Positions 14,001 to 29,100 of a DNA stretch of 64,000 bases are shown piece after piece. Source of the stretch: Eledone cirrhosa (Eukaryota); assembly GCA_964016885.1 (NCBI GenBank), contig OZ024752.1:29388001-29452000 (forward strand). Direction: 5' to 3'. Positions within the stretch are counted from its first letter, which is position 1; every line of letters begins with the position of its first letter. The notes under the pieces are model-generated. The model saw only the letters and a list, made by a program, of their open reading frames with translations, was not told the DNA's origin and did not search any database. Position numbers and translations under genes: made by a program.

Positions 14001-17000
14001 GAGAGGTAGAGTGTATCATGTCACCAGCACTAGAGAGGTAGAGTTTATCATGACACCAGCACTAGAGAGGTAGAGTTTATCATGTCACCAGCACTAGAGA
14101 GGTAGAGTTTATCATGTCACCAGCACTAGAAAGGTAGAGTTTATCATGACACCAGCACTAGAGAGGTAGAGTTTATCATGACACCAACAGTACAGTCGGT
14201 AGAGTTTATCATGACACCAGCAGTACAGTAGGTAGAGTTTATCATGTCACCAGCACTAGAGAGGTAAGTTTATCATGACACCAGCACTAGAAAGGTAGAA
14301 TTTATCATGTCACCAGTACTACAGTAGGTAGTGTTTATCATGACACCAGCACTACAGTAGGTAGTTTATCATGTCACCAGCACTAGAGAGGTAGAGCTTA
14401 TCATGTCACCAGCACTACAGTAGGTAGAGTTTATCATGACACCAGCACTAGAGAGGTCGAGTGTATCATGTCACCAGCACTACAGTAGGCAGTTTATCAT
14501 GTCACCAGCACTAGAGGTAGAGTTTATCATGTCACCAGCACTAGAGAGGTAGACTTTATCATGTCACCAGCACTAGAGAGGTAGAGTTTATCATGACACC
14601 AGCACTACAGTAGGTAGTGTTTATCATGTCACCAGCACTAGAAAGGTAGTGTTTATCATGACACCAGCACTAGAAAGGTAGTGTTTATCATGACACCAGC
14701 ACTACAGTAGGTAGTGTTTATCATGTCACCAGCACTAGAGAGGTAGAGTTTATCATGTCACCAGCACTAGAGAGGTAGAGTTTATCATGTCACCAGCACT
14801 AGAAAGGTAGAGTTTATCATGACACCAGCACTAGAGAGGTAGAGTTTATCATGACACCAGCACTAGAGAGGTAGAGTTTATCATGTCACCAGCACTAGAG
14901 AGGTAGAGTTTATCATGTCACCAGCACTAGAAAGGTAGAGTTTATCATGTCACCAGCACTAGAGAGGTAGAGTTTATCATGTCACCAGCACTAGAAAGGT
15001 AGAGTTTATCATGTCACCAGCACTAGAAAGGTAGTGTTTATCATGACACCAGCACTACAGTAGGTAGTGTTTATCATGTCACCAGCACTAGAGAGGTAGA
15101 GTTTATCATGTCACCAGCACTAGAGAGGTAGAGTTTATCATGTCACCAGCACTAGAAAGGTAGAGTTTATCATGACACCAGCACTAGAGAGGTAGAGTTT
15201 ATCATGACACCAACAGTACAGTAGGTAGAGTTTATCATGACACCAGCAGTACAGTAGGTAGAGTTTATCATGTCACCAGCACTAGAGAGGTAGAGTTTAT
15301 CATGACACCAGCACTAGAAAGGTAGAGTTTATCATGTCACGAGTACTACAGTAGGTAGAGTTTATCATGACACCAGCACTAGAGAGGTAGAGTTTATCAT
15401 GTCACCAGCACTAGAAAGGTAGACTTTATCATGTCACCAGCACTAGAGAGGTAGAGTTTATCATGACACCAACAGTACAGTAGGTAGTGTTTATCATGTC
15501 ACCAGCACTAGAGAGGTAGAGTTTATCATGACACCAACAGTACAGTAGGTAGAGTTTATCATGACACCAGCACTAGAAAGGTAGAGTTTATCATGTCACC
15601 ACTACTACAGTAGGTAGTGTTTATCATGTCACCAGCACTAGAGAGGTAGAGTTTATCATGTCACCAATACTAGAGAGGTAGTGTTTATCATGTCACCAGC
15701 ACTAGAGAGGTAGTGTTTATCATGTCACCAGCACTAGAGAGGTAGAGTTTATCATGTCACCAGCACTACAGTAGGTAGAGTTTATCATGTCAGCAGCACT
15801 AGAGAGGTAGAGTTTATCATGTCACCAGCACTAGAAAGGTAGAGTTTATCATGTCACCAGCACTAGAGAGGTAGTGTTTATCATGTCACCAGCACTACAG
15901 TAGGTAGTGTTTATCATGACACCAGAACTAGAGAGGTAGAGTTTATCATGTCACCAGCACTAGAGAGGTAGAGTTTATCATGTCACCAGCACTAGAGAGG
16001 TAGAGTTTATCATGTCACCAGCACTGGAGAGGTAGAGTTTATCATGTCACCAGCACTAGAGAGGTAGAGTTTATCATGTCACCAGCACTAGAGAGGTAGA
16101 GTTTATCATGTCACCAATACTAGACAGGTAGAGTTTATCATGTCACCAGCACTAGACAGGTAGAGTTTATCATGTCACCAGCACTAGAGAGGTAGAGTTT
16201 ATCATGTCACCAGCACTACAGTAGGTAGTGTTTATCATGTCACCAGCACTAGAGAGGTAGAGTTTATCATGTCACCAGCACTAGAGAGGTAGTGTTTATC
16301 ATGTCACCAGCACTACAGTAGGTAGTGTTTATCATGACACCAGAACTAGAGAGGTAGAGTTTATCATGTCACCAGCACTAGAGAGGTAGAGTTTATCATG
16401 TCACCAGCACTAGAGAGGTAGAGTTTATCATGTCACCAGCACTAGAGAGATAGAGTTTATCATGTCACCAGCACTAGAGAGGTAGAGTTTATCATGTCAC
16501 CAATACTAGAGAAGTAAAGTTTATCATGACACCAGCAATACAGTAGGTAGAGTTTATCATGTCACCAGCACTAACGAGGTAGAGTTTATCATGTCACCAG
16601 CACTAGAGAGGTAGAGTTTATCATGTCACCAATACTAGAGAGGTAAAGTTTATCACGACACCAGCACTACAGTAGGTAGTGTTTATCATGTCACCAGCAC
16701 TAGAGAGGTAGAGTTTATCATGTCACCACCACTAGAGAGGTAGTGTTTATCATGTCACCAGTACTACAGTAGGTAGTGTTTATCATGACACCAGCACTAC
16801 AGTAGGTAGTTTATCATGTCACCAGCACTAGAGAGGTAGAGCTTATCATGTCACCAGCATGAGAGAGGTAGAGTTTATCATGTCACCAGCACTACAGTAG
16901 GTAGAGTTTATCATGACACCAGCACTAGAGAGGTCGAGTGTATCATGTCACCAGCACTAGAGAGGTAGAGTTTATCATGTCACCAGCACTAGAAAGGTAG

Positions 17001-20000
17001 AGTTTATCATGTCACCAGCATTAGAGAGGTAAAGTTTATCATGTCACCAGCACTAGAAAGGTAGAATTTATCATGACACCAGCACTAGAGAGGTAGAGTT
17101 TATCATGACACCAACAGTACAGTAGGTAGAGTTTATCATGACCCCAGCAGTACAGTAGGTAGTGTTTATCATGACACCAGCACTACAGTAGGTAGTTTAT
17201 CATGTCACCAGCACTAGAGAGGTAGAGCTTATCATGTCACCAGCATGAGAGAGGTAGAGTTTATCATGTCACCAGCACTACAGTAGGTAGTGTTTATCAT
17301 GTCACCAGCACTAGAAAGGTAGAGTTTATCATGACACCAGCACTAGAGAGTTCGAGTGTATCATGTCACCAGCACTACAGTAGGTAGTTCATCATGTCAC
17401 CAGCACTAGAGAGGTAGAGTTTATCATGTCACCAGCACTACAGTAGGTAGAGTTTATCATGACACCACCACTAGAGAGGTAGAGTGTATCATGTCACCAG
17501 CACTAGAGAGGTAGAGTTTATCATGACACCAGCACTAGAGAGGTAGAGTTTATCATGTCACCAGCACTAGAGAGGTAGAGTTTATCATGTCACCAGCACT
17601 AGAAAGGTAGAGTTTATCATGACACCAGCACTAGAGAGGTAGAGTTTATCATGACACCAACAGTACAGTCGGTAGAGTTTATCATGACACCAGCAGTACA
17701 GTAGGTAGAGTTTATCATGTCACCAGCACTAGAGAGGTAGAGTTTATCAAGACACCAGCACTAGAAAGGTAGAATTTATCATGTCACCAGTACTACAGTA
17801 GGTAGTGTTTATCATGACACCAGCACTACAGTAGGTAGTTTATCATGTCACCAGCACTAGAGAGGTAGAGCTTATCATGTCACCAGCATGAGAGAGGTAG
17901 AGTTTATCATGTCACCAGCACTACAGTAGGTAGAGTTTATCATGACACCAGCACTAGAGAGGTCGAGTGTATCATGTCACCAGCACTACAGTAGGCAGTT
18001 TATCATGTCACCAGCACTAGAGGTAGAGTTTATCATGTCACCAGCACTAGAGAGGTAGAGTTTATCATGTCACCAGCACTAGAGAGGTAGAGTTTATCAT
18101 GTCACCAGCACTAGAAAGGTAGTGTTTATCATGACACCAGCACTACAGTAGGTAGTGTTTATCATGTCACCAGCACTAGAGAGGTAGAGTTTATCATGTC
18201 ACCAGCACTAGAGAGGTAGAGTTTATCATGTCACCAGCACTAGAAAGGTAGAGTTTATCATGACACCAGCACTAGAGAGGTAGAGTTTATCATGACACCA
18301 ACAGTACAGTAGGTAGAGTTTATCATGACACCAGCAGTACAGTAGGTAGAGTTTATCATGTCACCAGCACTAGAGAGGTAGAGTTTATCATGACACCAGC
18401 ACTAGAAAGGTAGAGTTTATCATGTCACGAGTACTACAGTAGGTAGAGTTTATCATGACACCAGCACTAGAGAGGTAGAGTTTATCATGTCACCAGCACT
18501 AGAAAGGTAGAGTTTATCATGTCACCAGCACTAGAGAGGTAGAGTTTATCATGACACCAACAGTACAGTAGGTAGTGTTTATCATGTCACCAGCACTAGA
18601 GAGGTAGAGTTTATCATGACACCAACAGTACAGTAGGTAGAGTTTATCATGACACCAGCACTAGAAAGGTAGAGTTTATCATGTCACCAGTACTACAGTA
18701 GGTAGTGTTTATCATGTCACCAGCACTAGAGAGGTAGAGTTTATCATGTCACCAGCATTAGAGAGGTAGAGTTTATCATGTCACCAGCACTAGAAAGGTA
18801 GAATTTATCATGACACCAGCACTAGAGAGGTAGAGTTTATCATGACCCCAGCAGTACAGTAGGTAGTGTTTATCATGACACCAGCACTACAGTAGGTAGT
18901 TTATCATGTCACCAGCACTAGAGAGGTAGAGCTTATCATGTCACCAGCATGAGAGAGGTAGAGGTTATCATGTCACCAGCACTACAGTAGGTAGTGTTTA
19001 TCATGTCACCAGCACTAGAAAGGTAGAGTTTATCATGACACCAGCACTAGAGAGGTCGAGTGTATCATGTCACCAGCACTACAGTAGGTAGTTCATCATG
19101 TCACCAGCACTAGAGAGGTAGAGTTTATCATGTCACCAGCACTACAGTAGGTAGAGTTTATCATGACACCACCACTAGAGAGGTAGAGTGTATCATGTCA
19201 CCAGCACTAGAGGGGTAGAGTTTATCATGACACCAGCACTAGAGAGGTAGAGTTTATCATGTCACCAGCACTAGAGAGGTAGAGTTTATCATGTCACCAG
19301 CACTAGAAAGGTAGAGTTTATCATGACACCAGCACTAGAGAGGTAGAGTTTATCATGACACCAACAGTACAGTCGGTAGAGTTTATCATGACACCAGCAG
19401 TACAGTAGGTAGAGTTTATCATGTCACCAGCACTAGAGAGGTAGAGTTTATCATGACACCAGCACTAGAAAGGTCGAATTTATCATGTCACCAGTACTAC
19501 AGTAGATAGTGTTTATCATGACACCAGCACTACAGTAGGTAGTTTATCATGTCACCAGCACTAGAGAGGTAGAGCTTATCATGTCACCAGCATGAGAGAG
19601 GTAGAGTTTATCATGTCACCAGCACTACAGTAGGTAGAGTTTATCATGACACCAGCACTAGAGAGGTCGAGTGTATCATGTCACCAGCACTACAGTAGGC
19701 AGTTTATCATGTCACCAGCACTAGAGAGGTAGAGTTTATCATGTCACCAGCACTAGAGAGGTAGAGTTTATCATGTCACCAGCACTAGAAAGGTAGTGTT
19801 TATCATGACACCAGCACTACAGTAGGTAGTGTTTATCATGTCACCAGCACTAGAGAGGTAGAGTTTATCATGTCACCAGCACTAGAGAGGTAGAGTTTAT
19901 CATGCCACCAGCACTAGAAAGGTAGAGTTTATCATGACACCAGCACTAGAGAGGTAGAGTTTATCATGACACCAACAGTACAGTAGGTAGAGTTTATCAT

Positions 20001-23000
20001 GACACCAGCAGTACAGTAGGTAGAGTTTATCATGTCACCAGCACTAGAGAGGTAGAGTTTATCATGACACGAGCACTAGAAAGGTAGAGTTTATCATGTC
20101 ACGAGTACTACAGTAGGTAGAGTTTATCATGACACCAGCACTAGAGAGGTAGAGTTTATCATGTCACCAGCACTAGAAAGGTAGAGTTTATCATGTCACC
20201 AGCACTAGAGAGGTAGAGTTTATCATGACACCAACAGTACAGTAGGTAGTGTTTATCATGTCACCAGCACTAGAGAGGTAGAGTTTATCATGACACCAAC
20301 AGTACAGTAGGTAGAGTTTATCATGACACCAGCACTAGAAAGGTAGAGTTTATCATGTCACCAGCACTAGAGAGGTAGAGTTTATCATGTCACCAGCACT
20401 AGAGAGGTAGTGTTTATCATGTCACCAGCACTAGAGAGGTAGAGTTTATCATGTCACCAGCACTACAGTAGGTAGAGTTTATCATGTCAGCAGCACTAGA
20501 GAGGTAGAGTTTATCATGTCACCAGTACAAGAAAGGTAGAGTTTATCATGTCACCAGCACTAGAGAGGTAGTGTTTATCATGTCACCAGCACTACAGTAG
20601 GTAGTGTTTATCATGACACCAGAACTAGAGAGGTAGAGTTTATCATGTCACCAGCACTAGAGAGGTAGAGTTTATCATGTCACCAGCACTAGACAGGTAG
20701 AGTTTATCATGTCACCAGCACTAGAGAGGTAGAGTTTATCATGTCACCAGCACTAGAGAGGTAGAGTTTATCATGTCACCAGCACTAGAGAGGTAGAGTT
20801 TATCATGTCACCAGCACTAGAGAGGTAGAGTTTATAATGTCACCAATACTAGACAGGTAGAGTTTATCATGTCACCAGCACTAGACAGGTAGAGTTTATC
20901 ATGTCACCAGCACTAGAGAGGTAGAGTTTATCATGTCACCAGCACTAGAGAGGTAGAGTTTATCATGTCACCAGCACTAGAGAGGTAGAGTTTATCATGT
21001 CACCAGCACTAGACAGGTAGAGTTTATCATGTCACCAGCACTAGAGAGGTAGAGTTTATCATGTCACCAGCACTACAGTAGGTAGTGTTTATCATGTCAC
21101 CAGCACTAGAGAGGTAGAGTTTATCATGTCACCAGCACTAGAGAGGTAGTGTTTATCATGTCACCAGCACTACAGTAGGTAGTGTTTATCATGACACCAG
21201 AACTAGAGAGGTAGAGTTTATCATGTCACCAGCACTAGAGAGGTAGAGTTTATCATGTCACCAGCACTAGACAGGTAGAGTTTATCATGTCACCAGCACT
21301 AGAGAGGTAGAGTTTATCATGTCACCAGCACTAGAGAGATAGAGTTTATCATGTCACCAGCACTAGAGAGATAGAGTTTATGATGTCACCAATACTAGAG
21401 AAGTAAAGTTTATCGTGACACCAGCAATACAGTAGGTAGAGTTTATCATGTCACCAGCACTAACGAGGTAGAGTTTATCATGTCACCAGCACTAGAGAGG
21501 TAGAGTTTATCATGTCACCAATACTAGAGAGGTAAAGTTTATCACGACACCAGCACTACAGTAGGTAGTGTTTATCATGTCACCAGCACTAGAGAGGTAG
21601 AGTTTATCATGTCACCACCACTAGAGAGGTAGTGTTTATCATGTCACCAGTACTACAGTAGGTAGTGTTTATCATGACACCAGCACTACAGTAGGTAGTT
21701 TATCATGTCACCAGCACTAGAGAGGTAGAGCTTATCATGTCACCAGCATGAGAGAGGTAGAGTTTATCATGTCACCAGCACTACAGTAGGTAGTGTTTAT
21801 CATGTCACCAGCACTAGAAAGGTAGAGTTTATCATGACACCAGCACTAGAGAGTTCGAGTGTATCATGTCACCAGCACTACAGTAGGTAGTTCATCATGT
21901 CACCAGCACTAGAGAGGTAGAGTTTATCATGTCACCAGCACTACAGTAGGTAGAGTTTATCATGACACCACCACTAGAGAGGTAGAGTGTATCATGTCAC
22001 CAGCACTAGAGAGGTAGAGTTTATCATGACACCAGCACTAGAGAGGTAGAGTTTATCATGTCACCAGCACTAGAGAGGTAGAGTTTATCATGTCACCAGC
22101 ACTAGAAAGGTAGAGTTTATCATGACACCAGCACTAGAGAGGTAGAGTTTATCATGACACCAACAGTACAGTCGGTAGAGTTTATAATGACACCAGCAGT
22201 ACAGTAGGTAGAGTTTATCATGTCACCAGCACTAGAGAGGTAGAGTTTATCATGACACCAGCACTAGAAAGGTAGAATTTATCATGTCACCAGTACTACA
22301 GTAGGTAGTGTTTATCATGACACCAGCACTACAGTAGGTAGTTTATCATGTCACCAGCACTAGAGAGGTAGAGCTTATCATGTCACCAGCATGAGAGAGG
22401 TAGAGTTTATCATGTCACCAGCACTACAGTAGGTAGAGTTTATCATGACACCAGCACTAGAGAGGTCGAGTGTATCATGTCACCAGCACTACAGTAGGCA
22501 GTTTATCATGTCACCAGCACTAGAGGTAGAGTTTATCATGTCACCAGCACTAGAGAGGTAGAGTTTATCATGTCACCAGCACTAGAGAGGTAGAGTTTAT
22601 CATGTCACCAGCACTAGAAAGGTAGTGTTTATCATGACACCAGCACTACAGTAGGTAGTGTTTATCATGTCACCAGCACTAGAGAGGTAGAGTTTATCAT
22701 GTCACCAGCACTAGAGAGGTAGAGTTTATCATGTCACCAGCACTAGAAAGGTAGAGTTTATCATGACACCAGCACTAGAGAGGTAGAGTTTATCATGACA
22801 CCAACAGTACAGTAGGTAGAGTTTATCATGACACCAGCAGTACAGTAGGTAGAGTTTATCATGTCACCAGCACTAGAGAGGTAGAGTTTATCATGACACC
22901 AGCACTAGAAAGGTAGAGTTTATCATGTCACGAGTACTACAGTAGGTAGAGTTTATCATGACACCAGCACTAGAGAGGTAGAGTTTATCATGTCACCAGC

Positions 23001-26000
23001 ACTAGAAAGGTAGAGTTTATCATGTCACCAGCACTAGAGAGGTAGAGTTTATCATGTCACCAGCACTAGAGAGGTAGAGTTTATCATGTCACCAGCACTA
23101 GAAAGGTAGAGTTTATCATGACACCAGCACTAGAGAGGTAGAGTTTATCATGACACCAACAGTACAGTCGGTAGAGTTTATCATGACACCAGCAGTACAG
23201 TAGGTAGTGTTTATCATGTCACCAGCACTAGAAAGGTAGAGTTTATCATGACACCAGCACTAGAGAGGTCGAGTGTATCATGTCACCAGCACTACAGTAG
23301 GTAGTTCATCATGTCACCAGCACTAGAGAGGTAGAGTTTATCATGTCACCAGCACTACAGTAGGTAGAGTTTATCATGACACCACCACTAGAGAGGTAGA
23401 GTGTATCATGTCACCAGCACTAGAGAGGTAGAGTTTATCATGACACCAGCACTAGAGAGGTAGAGTTTATCATGTCACCAGCACTAGAGAGGTAGAGTTT
23501 ATCATGACACCAGCACTAGAGAGGTAGAGTTTATCATGTCACCAGCACTAGAGAGGTAGAGCTTATCATGTCACCAGCATGAGAGAGGTAGAGGTTATCA
23601 TGTCACCAGCACTACAGTAGGTAGTGTTTATCATGTCACCAGCACTAGAAAGGTAGAGTTTATCATGACACCAGCACTAGAGAGGTCGAGTGTATCATGT
23701 CACCAGCACTACAGTAGGTAGTTCATCATGTCACCAGCACTAGAGAGGTAGAGTTTATCATGTCACCAGCACTACAGTAGGTAGAGTTTATCATGACACC
23801 ACCACTAGAGAGGTAGAGTGTATCATGTCACCAGCACTAGAGAGGTAGAGTTTATCATGACACCAGCACTAGAGAGGTAGAGTTTATCATGTCACCAGCA
23901 CTAGAGAGGTAGAGTTTATCATGTCACCAGCACTAGAAAGGTAGAGTTTATCATGACACCAGCACTAGAGAGGTAGAGTTTATCATGACACTAACAGTAC
24001 AGTCGGTAGAGTTTATCATGACACCAGCAGTACAGTAGGTAGAGTTTATCATGTCACCAGCACTAGAGAGGTAGAGTTTATCATGACACCAGCACTAGAA
24101 AGGTCGAATTTATCATGTCACCAGTACTACAGTAGATAGTGTTTATCATGACACCAGCACTACAGTAGGTAGTTTATCATGTCACCAGCACTAGAGAGGT
24201 AGAGCTTATCATGTCACCAGCATGAGAGAGGTAGAGTTTATCATGTCACCAGCACTACAGTAGGTAGAGTTTATCATGACACCAGCACTAGAGAGGTCGA
24301 GTGTATCACGTCACCAGCACTACAGTAGGCAGTTTATCATGTCACCAGCACTAGAGGTAGAGTTTATCATGTCACCAGCACTAGAGAGGTAGAGTTTATC
24401 ATGTCACCAGCACTAGAGAGGTAGAGTTTATCATGTCACCAGCACTAGAAAGGTAGTGTTTATCATGACACCAGCACTACAGTAGGTAGTGTTTATCATG
24501 TCACCAGCACTAGAGAGGTAGAGTTTATCATGTCACCAGCACTAGAGAGGTAGAGTTTATCATGTCACCAGCACTAGAAAGGTAGAGTTTATCATGACAC
24601 CAGCACTAGAGAGGTAGAGTTTATCATGACACCAACAGTACAGTAGGTAGAGTTTATCATGACACCAGCAGTACAGTAGGTAGAGTTTATCATGTCACCA
24701 GCACTAGAGAGGTAGAGTTTATCATGACACGAGCACTAGAAAGGTAGAGTTTATCATGTCACGAGTACTACAGTAGGTAGAGTTTATCATGACACCAGCA
24801 CTAGAGAGGTAGAGTTTATCATGTCACCAGCACTAGAAAGGTAGAGTTTATCATGTCACCAGCACTAGAGAGGTAGAGTTTATCATGACACCAACAGTAC
24901 AGTAGGTAGTGTTTATCATGTCACCAGCACTAGAGAGGTAGAGTTTATCATGACACCAACAGTACAGTAGGTAGAGTTTATCATGACACCAGCACTAGAA
25001 AGGTAGAGTTTATCATGTCACCAGCACTAGAGAGGTAGAGTTTATCATGTCACCAGCACTAGAGAGGTAGTGTTTATCATGTCACCAGCACTAGAGAGGT
25101 AGAGTTTATCATGTCACCAGCACTACAGTAGGTAGAGTTTATCATGTCAGCAGCACTAGAGAGGTAGAGTTTATCATGTCACCAGCACTAGAAAGGTAGA
25201 GTTTATCATGTCACCAGCACTAGAGAGGTAGTGTTTATCATGTCACCAGCACTACAGTAGGTAGTGTTTATCATGACACCAGAACTAGAGAGGTAGAGTT
25301 TATCATGTCACCAGCACTAGAGAGGTAGAGTTTATCATGTCACCAGCACTAGACAGGTAGAGTTTATCATGTCACCAGCACTAGAGAGGTAGAGTTTATC
25401 ATGTCACCAGCACTAGAGAGGTAGAGTTTATCATGTCACCAGCACTAGAGAGGTAGAGTTTATCATGTCACCAGCACTAGAGAGGTAGAGTTTATCATGT
25501 CACCAATACTAGACAGGTAGAGTTTATCATGTCACCAGCACTAGAGAGGTAGTGTTTATCATGTCACCAGCACTACAGTAGGTAGTGTTTATCATGACAC
25601 CAGAACTAGAGAGGTAGAGTTTATCATGTCACCAGCACTAGAGAGGTAGAGTTTATCATGTCACCAGCACTAGACAGGTAGAGTTTATCATGTCACCAGC
25701 ACTAGAGAGGTAGAGTTTATCATGTCACCAGCACTAGAGAGATAGAGTTTATCATGTCACCAGCACTAGAGAGGTAGAGTTTATCATGTCACCAATACTA
25801 GAGAAGTAAAGTTTATCGTGACACCAGCAATACAGTAGGTAGAGTTTATCATGTCACCAGCACTAACGAGGTAGAGTTTATCATGTCACCAGCACTAGAG
25901 AGGTAGAGTTTATCATGTCACCAATACTAGAGAGGTAAAGTTTATCACGACACCAGCACTACAGTAGGTAGTGTTTATCATGTCACCAGCACTAGAGAGG

Positions 26001-26139
26001 TAGAGTTTATCATGTCACCACCACTAGAGAGGTAGTGTTTATCATGTCACCAGTACTACAGTAGGTAGTGTTTATCATGACACCAGCACTACAGTAGGTA
26101 GTTTATCATGTCACCAGCACTAGAGAGGTAGAGCTTATC

Positions 26140-29100
26140 ATGTCACCAGCATGAGAGAGGTAGAGTTTATCATGTCACCAGCACTACAGTAGGTAGAGTT
26201 TATCATGACACCAGCACTAGAGAGGTCGAGTGTATCATGTCACCAGCACTAGAGAGGTAGAGTTTATCATGTCACCAGCACTAGAAAGGTAGAGTTTATC
26301 ATGTCACCAGCACTAGAGAGGTAGAGTTTATCATGTCAACAGCACTAGACAGGTAGAGTTTATCATGTCACCAGCACTAGAGAGGTACAGTTTATCATGT
26401 CACCAGCACTAGAGAGGTAGAGTTTATCATGTCACCAATACTAGAGAGGTAAAGTTTATCATGACACCAGCAATACAGTAGGTAGAGTTTATCATGTCAC
26501 CAGCACTAACAAGGTAGAGTTTATCATGTCACCAGCACTAGAGAGGTAGAGTTTATCATGTCACCAATACTAGAGAGGTAAAGTTTATCACGACACCAGC
26601 ACTACAGTAGGTAGTGTTTATCATGACACCAGCACTAGAGAGGTAGAGTCTATCATGTCACCAGCACTAGAGAGGTAGAGTTTATCATGTCACCAGCAGT
26701 AGAAAGGTAGTGTTTATCATGACACCAGCACTACAGTAGGGAGTGTTTATCATGTCACCAGCACTACAGTAGGTAGTGTTTATCATGTCACCAGCACTAG
26801 AGAGGTAGAGTTTATCATGTCACCAGCACTAGAGAGGTAGAGTTTATCATGTCACCAGCACTAGAAAGGTAGAGTTTATCATGACACCAGCACTAGAGAG
26901 GTAGAGTTTATCATGACACCAACAGTACAGTAGGTAGAGTTTATCATGACACCAGCAGTACAGTAGGTAGAGTTTATCATGTCACCAGCACTAGAGAGGT
27001 AGAGTTTATCATGACACCAGCACTAGAAAGGTAGAGTTTATCATGTCACGAGTACTACAGTAGGTAGAGTTTATCATGACACCAGCACTAGAGAGGTAGA
27101 GTTTATCATGTCACCAGCACTAGAAAGGTAGAGTTTATCATGTCACCAGCACTAGAGAGGTAGAGTTTATCATGACACCAACAGTACAGTAGGTAGTGTT
27201 TATCATGTCACCAGCACTAGAGAGGTAGAGTTTATCATGACACCAACAGTACAGTAGGTAGAGTTTATCATGACACCAGCACTAGAAAGGTAGAGTTTAT
27301 CATGTCACCAGTACTACAGTAGGTAGTGTTTATCATGTCACCAGCACTAGAGAGGTAGAGTTTATCATGTCACCAATACTAGAGAGGTAGTGTTTATCAT
27401 GTCACCAGCACTACAGAGGTAGTGTTTATCATGTCACCAGCACTAGAGAGGTAGAGTTTATCATGTCACCAGCACTACAGTAGGTAGAGTTTATCATGTC
27501 ACCAGCACTAGAGAGGTAGAGTTTATCATGTCACCAGCACTAGAAAGGTAGAGTTTATCATGTCACCAGCACTAGAGAGGTAGTGTTTATCATGTCACCA
27601 GCACTACAGTAGGTAGTGTTTATCATGACACCAGAACTAGAGAGGTAGAGTTTATCATGTCACCAGCACTAGAGAGGTAGAGTTTATCATGTCACCAGCA
27701 CTAGACAGGTAGAGTTTATCATGTCACCAGCACTAGAGAGGTAGAGTTTATCATGTCACCAGCACTAGAGAGGTAGAGTTTATCATGTCACCAGCACTAG
27801 AGAGGTAGAGTTTATCATGTCACCAATACTAGACAGGTAGAGTTTATCATGTCACCAGCACTAGACAGGTAGAGTTTATCATGTCACCAGCACTAGAGAG
27901 GTAGAGTTTATCATGTCACCAGCACTAGAGAGGTAGAGTTTATCATGTCACCAGCACTAGAGAGGTAGAGTTTATCATGTCACCAGCACTAGACAGGTAA
28001 AGTTTATCATGTCACCAGCACTAGAGAGGTAGAGTTTATCATGTCACCAGCACTAGAAAGGTAGAGTTTATCATGTCACCAGCACTAGAGAGGTAGTGTT
28101 TATCATGTCACCAGCACTACAGTAGGTAGAGTTTATCATGACACCAGCACTAGAGAGGTCGAGTGTATCATGTCACCAGCACTAGAGAGGTAGAGTTTAT
28201 CATGTCACCAGCACTAGACAGGTAAAGTTTATCATGTCACCAGCACTAGAGAGGTACAGTTTATCATGTCACCAGCACTAGAGAGGTAGAGTTTATCATG
28301 TCACCAATACTAGAGAGGTAAAGTTTATCATGACACCAGCAATACAGTAGGTAGAGTTTATCATGTCACCAGCACTAACGAGGTAGAGTTTATCATGTCA
28401 CCAGCACTAGAGAGGTAGAGTTTATCATGTCACCAATACTAGAGAGGTAAAGTTTATCACGACACCAGCACTACAGTAGGTAGTGTTTATCATGTCACCA
28501 GCACTAGAGAGGTAGAGTTTATCATGTCACCACCACTAGAGAGGTAGTGTTTATCATGTCACCAGCACTACAGTAGGTAGTGTTTATCATGACACCAGCA
28601 CTAGAGAGGTAGAGTTTATCATGTCACTAGCACTAGAGAGGTAGAGTTTATCATGTCACCAGCACTAGAAAGGTAGAGTTTATCATGACACCAGCACTAG
28701 AGAGGTAGAGTTTATCATGACACCAACAGTACAGTAGGTAGAGTTTATCATGACACCAGCAGTACAGTAGGTAGAGTTTATCATGTCACCAGCACTAGAG
28801 AGGTAGAGTTTATCATGACACGAGCACTAGAAAGGTAGAGTTTATCATGTCACGAGTACTACAGTAGGTAGAGTTTATCATGACACCAGCACTAGAGAGG
28901 TAGAGTTTATCATGTCACCAGCACTAGAAAGGTAGAGTTTATCATGTCACCAGCACTAGAGAGGTAGAGTTTATCATGACACCAACAGTACAGTAGGTAG
29001 TGTTTATCATGTCACCAGCACTAGAGAGGTAGAGTTTATCATGACACCAACAGTACAGTAGGTAGAGTTTATCATGACACCAGCACTAGAAAGGTAGAGT

